The notes under the pieces are model-generated. The model was not told the DNA's origin. It made no database searches and saw only the letters and a program-made list of their open reading frames with translations. Below, in pieces: positions 53,792 through 63,153 of a DNA stretch of 64,000 nucleotides; position 1 is the stretch's first letter, and each line of letters opens with the position of its first letter. The stretch covers positions 22,104 to 86,103 of the forward strand of contig DASVDB010000108.1 in assembly GCA_036381315.1 (NCBI GenBank), given 5' to 3'. Origin of the DNA: Bacilli bacterium (GTDB lineage Bacteria; Bacillota; Bacilli; Paenibacillales; KCTC-25726). A program made the position numbers and the translations under genes.

Positions 53792-55525
53792 ATGATGAGT
53801 AAATCCAGAGGAAAACTCAGTTGCTCGTCACAGGGAAGCATGCTGGATATGGCAATCATCGGACCGCGGCTTGTCTGGTGGGGCACCATTGCACTGATGG
53901 GGTTCACCGTTTTTTACCCGTCTGTCCTGCTGGTAGTCGAAAGTTTTCGCACAGGGCAAGGAACTTTTACATTGGATATGTACAGAACCTTGTTCCGGGA
54001 TCCGGAAATCTTAACGAGTATGTTTAACAGCCTGAAAGTTGTCGTTCCCGCGACGCTTATCGGAACTCTATTGGGGGTCGTCCTGGCATTTATCGTTGCC
54101 AGGACGGACATCCCGGGCAAAAAACTGTGGCAAAGTCTGATTGTCACGCCCTATCTGATTCCGCCGTTCGTCGGAGCGATTTCCTGGACGTATTTGCTTG
54201 GCCCCGTAGGTTTGGTAAACAACCTGTATATGAGCTGGTCAGGCGCAACGGATCCGCTTATTGATATCTATAGCATCGGCGGCATGATTTTCGTCATGTC
54301 GTTGTACGGGTACGCTGTCCCTTATATCGTCGTATTGCCGGCCATCCAGAAAATCGATTCCGCGGTGGAAGAAGCCGGCAGAATATCCGGAGCCACACAA
54401 AGGCGAATTATGAAAGACATCACGTTGCCGTTGATCTTGCCTTCCATCATGGGCGGAATGCTTCTTTTGTTCATGAATTTGCTCGCCGATTTCGGCATAC
54501 CCGCCGTATTGGGTACTCCGGAGCGGATCAGCCTGATGACGACGCAAATTTACAAAGCGATTCTGAGCCCTGATATGCCGAACAATTTGCAGATTGCTTC
54601 CGCAAACTCCATCTTGCTTGCGCTGTTCGGAATCATCGGGCTGCAATTGTACGACAAAACGATCAAATCAAGCAAATACGCTGTAATCAGCGGTAAAAGC
54701 GGGTCAGGGGAAAACACCAAACTGGGCAAATGGAAAATTCCCGCCGTGCTGTTTCTGGCATTTGTTTTTCTGGTCACTTCCGTTGCCCCGATCGGAGCCG
54801 CCCTGTATACTTCTTTGATTAAAGCTGTGGGCGCCGGGGCGTCTTGGGCCAATATCACATTGCACAACTATGTAACTTTGTTTCAAATCGAGTCGATTAA
54901 ACGCGCGCTTCTTAACAGCTTTTCCCTGGCGGCGATTTCCGGATTGGCGATTGCCGTACTCAGTCTCCTGTTATCCTATATGATCATCAGGGAGAAAATG
55001 ATCGGCAGCAAGGTTGCGCAAACTTTGGTCGCCCTTCCGTACGCGGTTCCGGGAACGATCGTCGGTTTGGCGATGATTCTCGCCTTTGCCAAGCCGCTTC
55101 CGGTAGTCGGATGGCAGTTGTACAGCACGTATTGGATTTTGCTTGTTGCGTATCTCGCCCGTTTCATGAACCTGGGGATGCAAACGATCTCCGGCGCGAT
55201 TACGCAAATCCACCCTTCCTTGGAAGAAGCAAGCCGTATTTCGGGAGCGTCGCAGATGGCAACGTTCCGCAGAATATTGCTGCCATTGTTAAGACCAAGC
55301 TTTTATGCCGCATTTTTTCTTGTCATGATGCCGGCCCTGGGCGAAATCACGTTATCCTCGTTGCTTTGGTCGGTTGGAAATGAAACGATCGGCGTTGTCG
55401 TATTTTCATCCCAGGAGGAAGGAAAAATTGTTATAACCGCAGCGCTTGCCATTGTTCTGATCGCATTTGTGATCGGCATCAACATCTTGACGAAATTATT
55501 CAGCAAGGGAAAAGTTGGGATATAA
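53792..55525 (+). CDS. fused two-domain ABC transporter permease (FbpB/ThiP-like)
   Basis: About 577 aa from ATG 53792. Two permease halves each carry an EAA loop: VEEAGRISGATQRRIMKDITLP and LEEASRISGASQMATFRRILLP. Confidence 0.8.
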   Translation: MMSKSRGKLSCSSQGSMLDMAIIGPRLVWWGTIALMGFTVFYPSVLLVVESFRTGQGTFTLDMYRTLFRDPEILTSMFNSLKVVVPATLIGTLLGVVLAFIVARTDIPGKKLWQSLIVTPYLIPPFVGAISWTYLLGPVGLVNNLYMSWSGATDPLIDIYSIGGMIFVMSLYGYAVPYIVVLPAIQKIDSAVEEAGRISGATQRRIMKDITLPLILPSIMGGMLLLFMNLLADFGIPAVLGTPERISLMTTQIYKAILSPDMPNNLQIASANSILLALFGIIGLQLYDKTIKSSKYAVISGKSGSGENTKLGKWKIPAVLFLAFVFLVTSVAPIGAALYTSLIKAVGAGASWANITLHNYVTLFQIESIKRALLNSFSLAAISGLAIAVLSLLLSYMIIREKMIGSKVAQTLVALPYAVPGTIVGLAMILAFAKPLPVVGWQLYSTYWILLVAYLARFMNLGMQTISGAITQIHPSLEEASRISGASQMATFRRILLPLLRPSFYAAFFLVMMPALGEITLSSLLWSVGNETIGVVVFSSQEEGKIVITAALAIVLIAFVIGINILTKLFSKGKVGI

Positions 55526-55558
55526 ATCACGACTGGGGCACGATTCGGGGAGGATGCC

Positions 55559-56617
55559 ATGGGTACGTTACATTTGGAAAATGTCAGTAAAATATATAAA
55601 AATCATGCTGCCGTCAATAAAGTCAACTTTACGATCAACCGAGGCGAATTTGCCACCATCGTGGGGCCTTCCGGCTGCGGGAAAACGACAACCCTGCGCA
55701 TGATTGCGGGATTTATCGAACCGACGGAAGGCAACATCACGCTGGACGGCGATCAATTGGTCGACACGGCGGGAAAGAAATTTTTGCCGCCGGAGCGGCG
55801 CGGCATCGGGATGGTTTTTCAATCCTATGCGGTGTGGCCGCATATGAACGTGTTTGACAATGTCGCCTATCCGCTCAAATTCCGTAAACTCAGCAAAAGC
55901 GATATCAGGCAAAAGACGCTGGAAATTTTGCAGGCGGTGCATTTGGGCGATTTCGAAAAGCGTTTTCCGCATGAATTGTCCGGCGGACAGCAGCAACGGG
56001 TGGCGCTTGCCCGCGCGCTCGTGATGGAACCGCGCCTGTTGCTTTTGGACGAGCCGCTGTCCAATCTGGATGCGGCATTAAGGGAACAAATGCGCATCGA
56101 AATCAAGGAAATCCAACGGAAAATGGGCGTGACCATCATCAATGTCACGCACGATCAGGTCGAAGCCTTGACCATGTCGGATAAAATGATTGTCATGAAC
56201 AAAGGGGACGTTGTGCAAATCGGCACCCCGCAAGAAATCTACAATCAACCGGCCAATTCTTTTGTGGCGAGGTTTATCGGTTCCGCCAACGTTATTCCGG
56301 CAACGCACGTCGGCGGCAATAAAGCGGACGTGATGACGGTTAAAATTCTGGATGTGCATGTTGAAGTGCCGCGGCGAAAAACGGACCAGTTGACCGGTCT
56401 TTTGGCGGTGCGGCCGCAGCATATCCGCCCGGACGAGAAATCGCAGCTTAGAGGCCAAATTGTCGGCAAATTGTACCAGGGAGATCGCGTGGAATATATA
56501 TTGCGCGTTAAAGACGAGAAGATCACGTTTTTCGTAAACGCAAACGAGGGTTACGACTTCAATCTGGATGACGAAGTGGGAATCGCGTTTACGCATGCCG
56601 TGTGGCTGGATAATTGA
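55559..56617 (+). CDS. ABC transporter ATP-binding protein (FbpC/PotA/MalK-like, with C-terminal TOBE-type domain)
   Basis: Walker A GPSGCGKTT, signature LSGGQQQRVALARAL, Walker B LLLLDEPLSNLD. Confidence 0.88.
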   Translation: MGTLHLENVSKIYKNHAAVNKVNFTINRGEFATIVGPSGCGKTTTLRMIAGFIEPTEGNITLDGDQLVDTAGKKFLPPERRGIGMVFQSYAVWPHMNVFDNVAYPLKFRKLSKSDIRQKTLEILQAVHLGDFEKRFPHELSGGQQQRVALARALVMEPRLLLLDEPLSNLDAALREQMRIEIKEIQRKMGVTIINVTHDQVEALTMSDKMIVMNKGDVVQIGTPQEIYNQPANSFVARFIGSANVIPATHVGGNKADVMTVKILDVHVEVPRRKTDQLTGLLAVRPQHIRPDEKSQLRGQIVGKLYQGDRVEYILRVKDEKITFFVNANEGYDFNLDDEVGIAFTHAVWLDN

Positions 56618-56660
56618 CGCAAACGCCGACAAAGCAAAAAACAACTTGAGGGTGAGAGCG

Positions 56661-57395
56661 GTGAAGATTACCATACTAGGCTATTGGGGCGGCTATCCCA
56701 GTGCGGGCGGAGCAACGGCTGGATACCTGATTTCCACTGACGAAGGCAATATTTTGCTTGATTGCGGCAGCGGGGTAGTCAGCAGATTATATTTTTATGC
56801 GAATGTCGAGCACATTTCCGGTGTTGTTTTATCTCATCTTCATTACGATCACATCGCCGATATCGGCATTTTGCAATATGCCGCGGTCGGTGCCTTGCGC
56901 AACGGACGGATGAAAGAGAAACTCAGCATCTATGCTCCCGCCGAGCCGGCGGAGCAATTTCAAAAGCTGCATGGCAGCCATTCGGATGTATCCGTTATCG
57001 ATCCGCAACAGTCAATTGCCATTGCGGGCGCCGATATCCGCTTTCTTCCGGTAAAGCATACGATACCTTGTTATGCCGTGAAAATCCAATACCGCAACAA
57101 GACGCTCGTATATTCGGCGGATACGTCCTATACCGATGCTTTGGCCCACTTTGCCGAAAACGCGGATATTCTGCTATGCGAGGCGACAATTTGCCAGGGA
57201 AGCAAGCACACAACCGGAGAAGGCCATATGGATGCCGCCCAGGCGGGTATGATCGCCAAAAAAGCAAACGTCGGCAAATTGGTGCTTACGCATCTGCCGC
57301 ATGACGGCAATTTCGAATTGATGAAAGATGCCGCGATCAAGGAATTCAACAAGGAAGTTTATGTCCCTCCTTTGCACGACACTTTTTTATTGTGA
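56661..57395 (+). CDS. MBL-fold metallo-hydrolase
   Basis: Start GTG 56661 (GAGGGTGAG upstream). Metal motif HLHYDH (HxHxDH), with a later H and D (LVLTHLPHD). Confidence 0.8.
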   Translation: MKITILGYWGGYPSAGGATAGYLISTDEGNILLDCGSGVVSRLYFYANVEHISGVVLSHLHYDHIADIGILQYAAVGALRNGRMKEKLSIYAPAEPAEQFQKLHGSHSDVSVIDPQQSIAIAGADIRFLPVKHTIPCYAVKIQYRNKTLVYSADTSYTDALAHFAENADILLCEATICQGSKHTTGEGHMDAAQAGMIAKKANVGKLVLTHLPHDGNFELMKDAAIKEFNKEVYVPPLHDTFLL

Positions 57396-57442
57396 GCAAA
57401 AGTCGGAGAATGAAAACGTGAGACAAAGGAGTGGAGTTGGCA

Positions 57443-58300
57443 ATGTATCGCTTGCTTGCTTTGGATATGGACGGGACGCTGTTAAATAAACGGAAAATCG
57501 TAACCGATACGGTTAAGCAGGCTATCAGGAGCCTGCTTGTCAATGGGACTTATGTGACGCTGGCTTCCGGCAGGTTTCCCGCCTCGGTTTGGCTGCATGG
57601 CAAATATTTGGGGTTGAATGCGCCGCTTGTTGCCCTGAATGGAGCGGTATTGCTCAATCAGGTGGACGGCGCGGTGCTGCACGCTTCCCCGTTGCCGCAA
57701 GAAATTGCCGTCCGCATCGCGGAATTTGCCGAGCAAGAACAAACCTACGTGCATTTTTACGGGTACAACACCTTATTTGTTGAAGAATTGAACGAGATGA
57801 ATGCGGCTTGGCCGCTCGCAAATGTCGTTGTTTCACCGGATCTCGAGCTGACCGAAAGCAATTACCGCGGCCAGGTCCATATGATTCAGGTGAATCCGGT
57901 CGGCAGATTGCCGATTTTTTTGCGGAATTACACGGGTCCCATCTATAAAGCGACAATCATCGATCAAAATCCGGATAAGGTTGACATAATGTGCGCGTCG
58001 CTATCGCAATGGCCGGAAATAGCGGTTTTTCGAACCGGCCGCAAAAGATTCGACATTAATTTGCAACATGTGAGCAAACGATCCTGTTTGGAAAAGTTAT
58101 GCGCCGATTTGCGGATTGAGCGCAAGGAAGTAGCCGCCATCGGCGATTTTGACAACGACATCGACATGCTGAGCTGGGCGGGGCTTGGCATCTGCATGGG
58201 CAACGGAAACGAAAGCACAAAAAGGGCGGCGGATGACACGACCGCATCCAACGAAGAAAACGGCGTTGCCGTTGCCATTCGGAAACACTTTGCGATTTAG
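57443..58300 (+). CDS. Cof-type HAD-IIB family phosphatase
   Basis: Start ATG 57443. Motif I LALDMDGTLL, motif II ASGR, motif IV GDFDNDIDM. Confidence 0.85.
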   Translation: MYRLLALDMDGTLLNKRKIVTDTVKQAIRSLLVNGTYVTLASGRFPASVWLHGKYLGLNAPLVALNGAVLLNQVDGAVLHASPLPQEIAVRIAEFAEQEQTYVHFYGYNTLFVEELNEMNAAWPLANVVVSPDLELTESNYRGQVHMIQVNPVGRLPIFLRNYTGPIYKATIIDQNPDKVDIMCASLSQWPEIAVFRTGRKRFDINLQHVSKRSCLEKLCADLRIERKEVAAIGDFDNDIDMLSWAGLGICMGNGNESTKRAADDTTASNEENGVAVAIRKHFAI

Positions 58301-58317
58301 CGGGACAGGAGGAGAAG

Positions 58318-59307
58318 ATGATGAAAGCCGGATTGCAAGTTCCCAGTTTCATTACGGAGGAAAAATTAATTGAATTGCATCGCCAAATGTGGGTGATTCG
58401 TTATCTGGACGAGAAAGTGGACGAATTTTTCGCCAAAGGATTAATTCATGGGACGACGCATTTGTGCGTCGGGCAGGAAGCGACGGCGGCAGGGGCGTGC
58501 GCGGTGCTGAATGAAAGCGACAAAATCACGAGCACGCATCGCGGGCATGGGCATTGCATCGCCAAGGGAGCGGATCCCGCCCGCATGATGGCCGAATTGT
58601 TCGGCAGGGAGACGGGATATTGCAAAGGCAAAGGCGGCTCGATGCACATCGCCGATCTCGATAAAGGGAACCTGGGCGCCAACGGCATCGTTGGCGGGGG
58701 CATTCCGATTGCCGTGGGCGCGGCTTTGACCTCGAAAATGAAAAATTTGGGATACGTTGTGGTCTGCTTTTTCGGAGATGGCGCCACGAATGAAGGAAGC
58801 TTCCATGAAGCGCTGAATTTGGCTTCCATCTGGCGTTTGCCGGTTGTGTTTTTCTGCGAAAATAATCAGTACGGCATGTCCGGTTCGGTCAAGGAAATGT
58901 TCAATATCGAGCATATTGCCACGCGCGCCGCTTCCTACGGGATCCCCGGAAAGGTCATTGACGGCAACGACTTGCTGGAAGTGATCAATACAACGCACGA
59001 GGCCGTTGAAAGAGCGCGGGGGGGCGAAGGCCCGACCCTGATCGAGGCGAAAACGTACCGCTATAAAGGACACTCCAAGAGCGACGCGAAAAAATACCGC
59101 ACGCGCGAGGAAGAAATGGATTGGCGCAAAAACCGGGATCCGATCGACCGGTTCGCCCGGGTTTTGGAGGAGGCGGGCATTGCCAGCAAGGAACAACTGG
59201 AGGAAATCAGGGTCAGCGCGTTTAAGGAAATCGAAGATGCGGTGAAATTTGCTGAGCAGAGCCCGATGCCGGCATTGGAATCCTTACTGGACGACGTTTA
59301 CATTTGA
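58318..59307 (+). CDS. acoA: thiamine-diphosphate-dependent 2-oxoacid (acetoin-type) dehydrogenase E1 alpha subunit
   Basis: Motifs [37 protein letters not shown] and [15 protein letters not shown]; length 329 aa fits AcoA-type E1 alpha. Assigning aco rather than another 2-oxoacid complex is a judgement from these motifs. Confidence 0.65.
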   Translation: MMKAGLQVPSFITEEKLIELHRQMWVIRYLDEKVDEFFAKGLIHGTTHLCVGQEATAAGACAVLNESDKITSTHRGHGHCIAKGADPARMMAELFGRETGYCKGKGGSMHIADLDKGNLGANGIVGGGIPIAVGAALTSKMKNLGYVVVCFFGDGATNEGSFHEALNLASIWRLPVVFFCENNQYGMSGSVKEMFNIEHIATRAASYGIPGKVIDGNDLLEVINTTHEAVERARGGEGPTLIEAKTYRYKGHSKSDAKKYRTREEEMDWRKNRDPIDRFARVLEEAGIASKEQLEEIRVSAFKEIEDAVKFAEQSPMPALESLLDDVYI

Positions 59308-59324
59308 CGATGGGGGTGTTGACA

Positions 59325-60308
59325 ATGAGAGAAATCAGCTATCTGGAAGCTGTTAGAGAAGCGATGACGCAAAAAATGCTTGAAAGTGACGACGTGTTTA
59401 TTATGGGTGAAGATATCGGCGTGTATGGCGGAGCATTCGGTGTGACCCGCGGCATGATCGAACAATTTGGCCCGGAACGCGTGCGCATTACGCCGATTTC
59501 GGAATGCGGAATTACCGGTGCGGCCGTCGGGGCCGCGTTGACGGGGATGCGGCCGATATTGGAACTGCAATTTTCCGATTTTATCACCATTGCAACCGAC
59601 CAAATTGTCAACCAGGCGGCGAAAATCCGCTATATGTACGGCGGAAAAGGCAATGTGCCGATGGTTGTGCGCACGCCGGCCGGATCCGGCACGGGCGCGG
59701 CGGCGCAGCACTCGCAAAGCCTGGAAGCGTGGATGGCGCATATTCCCGGCTTGAAGGTCGTGCAGCCGTCGACCGCGTACGATGCGAAAGGGCTCTTGAT
59801 AGCGGCTATCGAGGACAACAATCCCGTTATTTTTTATGAGCATAAATTGCTGTACCGAACAAGCGGGCCCGTCCCGGAACAGATGTACTCCATACCGCTG
59901 GGCAAAGCCGATATCAAAAGGGAAGGCACCGATGTGACGGTGATCGCGACCGCCGTAATGGTGCATAAAGCGCTGGAGGCGGCAGTGGAGCTGGAAAAAG
60001 AAGGAATCAGCATCGAGATTGTCGACCCCAGAACGTTGGTTCCTTTGGACGAAGAAACGATTGTTTCTTCAGTCAAAAAGACCGGGCGTGTCGTCGTTGT
60101 TCACGAAGCGGTCAAACGCGGCGGCTTCGGCGGAGAAATCGCCGCAATGATAGCGGAAAGCGAAGCGTTTGACTATCTGGATGCCCCGGTGCAGCGGCTT
60201 GGCGGATTGCCTGTGCCGATACCGTATAATCCCGAATTGGAAAAACATGCGATTCCGCAAGTAAAAGACATCATCCGTTCCGTCAAGGCAACACTAAATC
60301 GGGCATAG
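59325..60308 (+). CDS. acoB: 2-oxoacid (acetoin-type) dehydrogenase E1 beta subunit
   Basis: Start ATG 59325 (GGGGGTG upstream). Motifs [30 protein letters not shown] and VVRTPAGSG (transketolase-like pyrimidine-binding and C-terminal domains). Confidence 0.65.
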   Translation: MREISYLEAVREAMTQKMLESDDVFIMGEDIGVYGGAFGVTRGMIEQFGPERVRITPISECGITGAAVGAALTGMRPILELQFSDFITIATDQIVNQAAKIRYMYGGKGNVPMVVRTPAGSGTGAAAQHSQSLEAWMAHIPGLKVVQPSTAYDAKGLLIAAIEDNNPVIFYEHKLLYRTSGPVPEQMYSIPLGKADIKREGTDVTVIATAVMVHKALEAAVELEKEGISIEIVDPRTLVPLDEETIVSSVKKTGRVVVVHEAVKRGGFGGEIAAMIAESEAFDYLDAPVQRLGGLPVPIPYNPELEKHAIPQVKDIIRSVKATLNRA

Positions 60309-60314
60309 GGGGAA

Positions 60315-61652
60315 GTGATCGAATTGGCCACGGAAGTTTTTATGCCCAAGCTGAGTATGACGATGGAAGTCGGAACAATCGTGCAGTGGTTCAAAGAGGA
60401 AGGCGATTCGATTGAAGCGGGCGAACCTCTGCTCGAAGTGCTGACCGATAAAATCGCCATTGAAGTGGAGGCGTATGTGTCGGGTGTTCTGCTCAAGCGA
60501 TATTACGGCAACGATGCGGTCGTTCCGGTGAACAGCGTGATCGGCTATATTGGCGAAGCCGGCGAAAATGTTCCGGATGAGCCGCCTGCCGCCGGCGGAA
60601 CACAACAGGAAAAGGAAACGGTTGAAGCTGTGGCGGAAGGTGAACAGGCAAGCGAAGAGAAACATCCGGATGCCGCGCAAGGCCCCGTGCGGGCAACGCC
60701 AGCCGCCAGGAAGGCGGCGCGGGATGCCGGCATCAGGCTGGCCGACGTTGTCGGAACCGGCCCGAACGGCCGCATTCAACGCGACGATGTGCTGAAGTTA
60801 ACGGCGCAAAATGCGTCCGCCGATCCGGAAACCGGACCCAAAGCGACGCCGCTGGCCCGCAAAATTGCCGCGGCGGAACAAATCGACCTTGGGCAGATCA
60901 GCGGGACCGGAGCAAACGGCAAAATCGTTCGCGCCGATTTGCCGCTCTCAAGCGAGGCGGCTGCGCCTGCCATGCAAAAATTCGAAGGCGTCCGCAAAAT
61001 CATCGGCCAGCGGATGGCGCAAAGCGCGTTCACCGCGCCGCACGTCACGCTGCACAGCGAAGTGGATATGAACGAAGCGGTTAAGCTGCGCACCAAACTG
61101 TTGCCGCTCGTGGAACAGGCGACCGGGCTCAGATTGTCTTATATGGAACTCATTGTGAAAGCAGTCGCGTTGGCTTTGCGAAAACATCCCGATATCAACG
61201 TTTCGCTTGATGGCGATTATATCCGTTTCCATCAGGACGTGCACATCGGTATGGCGGTCGCCCGCGAAGAAGGGCTGATCGTGCCGGTCATCCGCAACGC
61301 GGACAAAAAGAGGCTTACCGAACTGGTCGAAACTTGCAAATCCCTCGCCAAGCTGGCGCGGGAAAACAAACTCGCCGCGGACCAAATTACCGGAGGCACG
61401 TTTACGATCAGCAATCTGGGCATGTATGCGGTTGACGCGTTCACACCGATTATCAATCAACCCGAGTCCGCCATACTGGGCGTGGGAAGAATAACGGAAA
61501 AAGCCGTAGGCGTAAACGGAGCGATCGAGCTGCGTCCGATGATGGCGCTCAGTTTGTCGTTCGACCATCGGGTCATCGACGGTGCGCCGGCGGCGGCTTT
61601 CCTGACCAGCTTGAAAAAAATTCTGGAAAATCCATATGAATTGCTGCTGTAG
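60315..61652 (+). CDS. acoC: dihydrolipoamide acyltransferase E2 (single lipoyl domain)
   Basis: Lipoyl domain MPKLSMTMEVGTIVQWFKEEGD ... LEVLTDKIAIEVEA, an E3-binding domain (ATPAARKAARDAGIRLADV), and a catalytic domain ending LSLSFDHRVIDGA. The start is ambiguous among GTG 60315, TTG 60324 and ATG 60342. Confidence 0.65.
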   Translation: MIELATEVFMPKLSMTMEVGTIVQWFKEEGDSIEAGEPLLEVLTDKIAIEVEAYVSGVLLKRYYGNDAVVPVNSVIGYIGEAGENVPDEPPAAGGTQQEKETVEAVAEGEQASEEKHPDAAQGPVRATPAARKAARDAGIRLADVVGTGPNGRIQRDDVLKLTAQNASADPETGPKATPLARKIAAAEQIDLGQISGTGANGKIVRADLPLSSEAAAPAMQKFEGVRKIIGQRMAQSAFTAPHVTLHSEVDMNEAVKLRTKLLPLVEQATGLRLSYMELIVKAVALALRKHPDINVSLDGDYIRFHQDVHIGMAVAREEGLIVPVIRNADKKRLTELVETCKSLAKLARENKLAADQITGGTFTISNLGMYAVDAFTPIINQPESAILGVGRITEKAVGVNGAIELRPMMALSLSFDHRVIDGAPAAAFLTSLKKILENPYELLL

Positions 61653-61684
61653 AGTGGCTTTCGCTAGAAGGCGGGGGGAACAAC

Positions 61685-63064
61685 TTGAAGACTTTCGATG
61701 TGGTTGTAATCGGCGGAGGTCCAGGGGGCTACGTCGCTGCCATTGAAGCGGCCAAACATGGGCTGACCGTCGCGCTTGTGGAAAAAGATCAACTGGGCGG
61801 AACATGCCTGAATCGGGGCTGCATTCCGTCAAAGACGCTGCTGCGTTTTGCGGAGGCCGCCGAATTAATCGCCAAAGCCGAAAAATGGGGCATCCATGCA
61901 GGCAAGCCCGAATTTGACGTCGGCAAAATGATGGCGCAAAAAAACCAGGTGATCGAACGGCTGCGCGGCGGAGTAGCTTCGTTATTGCGGGCGGGAAAAA
62001 TCGAGCACGTCCGCGGATTGGGGACCGTGCGCCCGGATCGGACGATCCTCGTCAATCAGGACGGAACGGAGGTGATTCTGCAGGCGCGGAATGTGATTTT
62101 GGCGACGGGCTCGGTTCCGTCTTTGCCCCCGATTAAAGGGCTGGAACAGGCAAAAGTGCAAACCAGCGACACCATTTTCGACATGGAACGCATCGTAAAA
62201 TCGCTTGTGATTGTCGGCGGGGGTGTGATCGGCGTCGAATTTGCCTGCATTTATTCCGCGTTCGGCGCGGAAGTGACGCTTGTGGAGATGGCCGAGCGCC
62301 TCATCCCGTCCGAAGATGCGGATGCGGCCCGCGTTTTAACCCAGGCGTTGAAAAAAAATCGAGTGCGCATCATCACCGGGGCAAAGGTCGAAGAAGTTCG
62401 GGAGAACGGCGGGCAAAAAGAAGTTCTGGTTCAGACCGGCCAATCGACGCAAACGCTGGTTGCCGAAGAGATTCTTGTCGCTTCGGGCAGAAAAGCAAAC
62501 TGGAATGGGCTTGAACAGCTTGATTTGCCCAAAAATCGCAATGTTGTGCAAGTAAACGAATATTTGGAGACCGGCATCAAAGGGATTTATGCCGTTGGCG
62601 ATTTGATCGGAGGCTGGCAGCTCGCCCACGTCGCAAGCGCGGAGGGTACGGTTGCGGCGGCGAATATCGCCGGGAAAAGGCGCAAGATGAATTATCGCGT
62701 CGTCCCCCGCTGCATCTATTCGCATCCCGAGATTGCGAGCGTCGGCATTTCGCTCGAAGAAGCAAACCGTCAAGGTTACAAGGCGCGAACGGAAGTATTC
62801 CGCCTTTCGGCCAACGGCAAAGCATTGGCGATGGATGAAACGGACGGGTTCGTGAAATTGATCGTTGATGAAAAATACGGCGAAGTTTTGGGCGCGGTTA
62901 TGGTTGGACCGCATGTGACGGAGATGATCTCCGAAGTGTCCGCCTTTATTGCTTTGGAAGGCACGATCGAGGAGATGGCCAGCATGATCCATCCGCACCC
63001 GACCATTTCGGAATCGTTAATGGAAGCGGCAGGACTATTGGATAAGACTGCCCGACACAATTAA
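61685..63064 (+). CDS. acoL: dihydrolipoyl dehydrogenase E3
   Basis: TTG start. FAD motif VVVIGGGPGGYVAA, redox disulfide GGTCLNRGCIPSK, NAD motif LVIVGGGVIGVEFA, C-terminal HPHPTISE. Confidence 0.8.
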   Translation: MKTFDVVVIGGGPGGYVAAIEAAKHGLTVALVEKDQLGGTCLNRGCIPSKTLLRFAEAAELIAKAEKWGIHAGKPEFDVGKMMAQKNQVIERLRGGVASLLRAGKIEHVRGLGTVRPDRTILVNQDGTEVILQARNVILATGSVPSLPPIKGLEQAKVQTSDTIFDMERIVKSLVIVGGGVIGVEFACIYSAFGAEVTLVEMAERLIPSEDADAARVLTQALKKNRVRIITGAKVEEVRENGGQKEVLVQTGQSTQTLVAEEILVASGRKANWNGLEQLDLPKNRNVVQVNEYLETGIKGIYAVGDLIGGWQLAHVASAEGTVAAANIAGKRRKMNYRVVPRCIYSHPEIASVGISLEEANRQGYKARTEVFRLSANGKALAMDETDGFVKLIVDEKYGEVLGAVMVGPHVTEMISEVSAFIALEGTIEEMASMIHPHPTISESLMEAAGLLDKTARHN

Positions 63065-63076
63065 AACAGGATATGT

Positions 63077-63105
63077 AAAAGGGTTCGACAAGAACCCTTT
63101 TTATG
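63077..63105 (+). terminator. Rho-independent terminator after the E3 gene
   Basis: Arms aaaagggttc / gaacccttttt with a 5-nt loop and a T-rich tail, 13 nt after the stop. Confidence 0.7.
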
Positions 63106-63153
63106 TTAAAATAGTAAAAGTGCCAAATTTGTTATTTTTAGAGGATGATAGCG

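Noticed and set aside
58318-63064. Reading the E1-alpha/E1-beta/E2/E3 genes as the housekeeping pyruvate dehydrogenase complex
   Set aside because: The E1-alpha is short (329 aa). It carries the [12 protein letters not shown] / [12 protein letters not shown] / [13 protein letters not shown] motifs that I associate with AcoA-type enzymes. The E2 has a single lipoyl domain. The accessory context argues against the essential pdh operon. I still flag the substrate as unproven.
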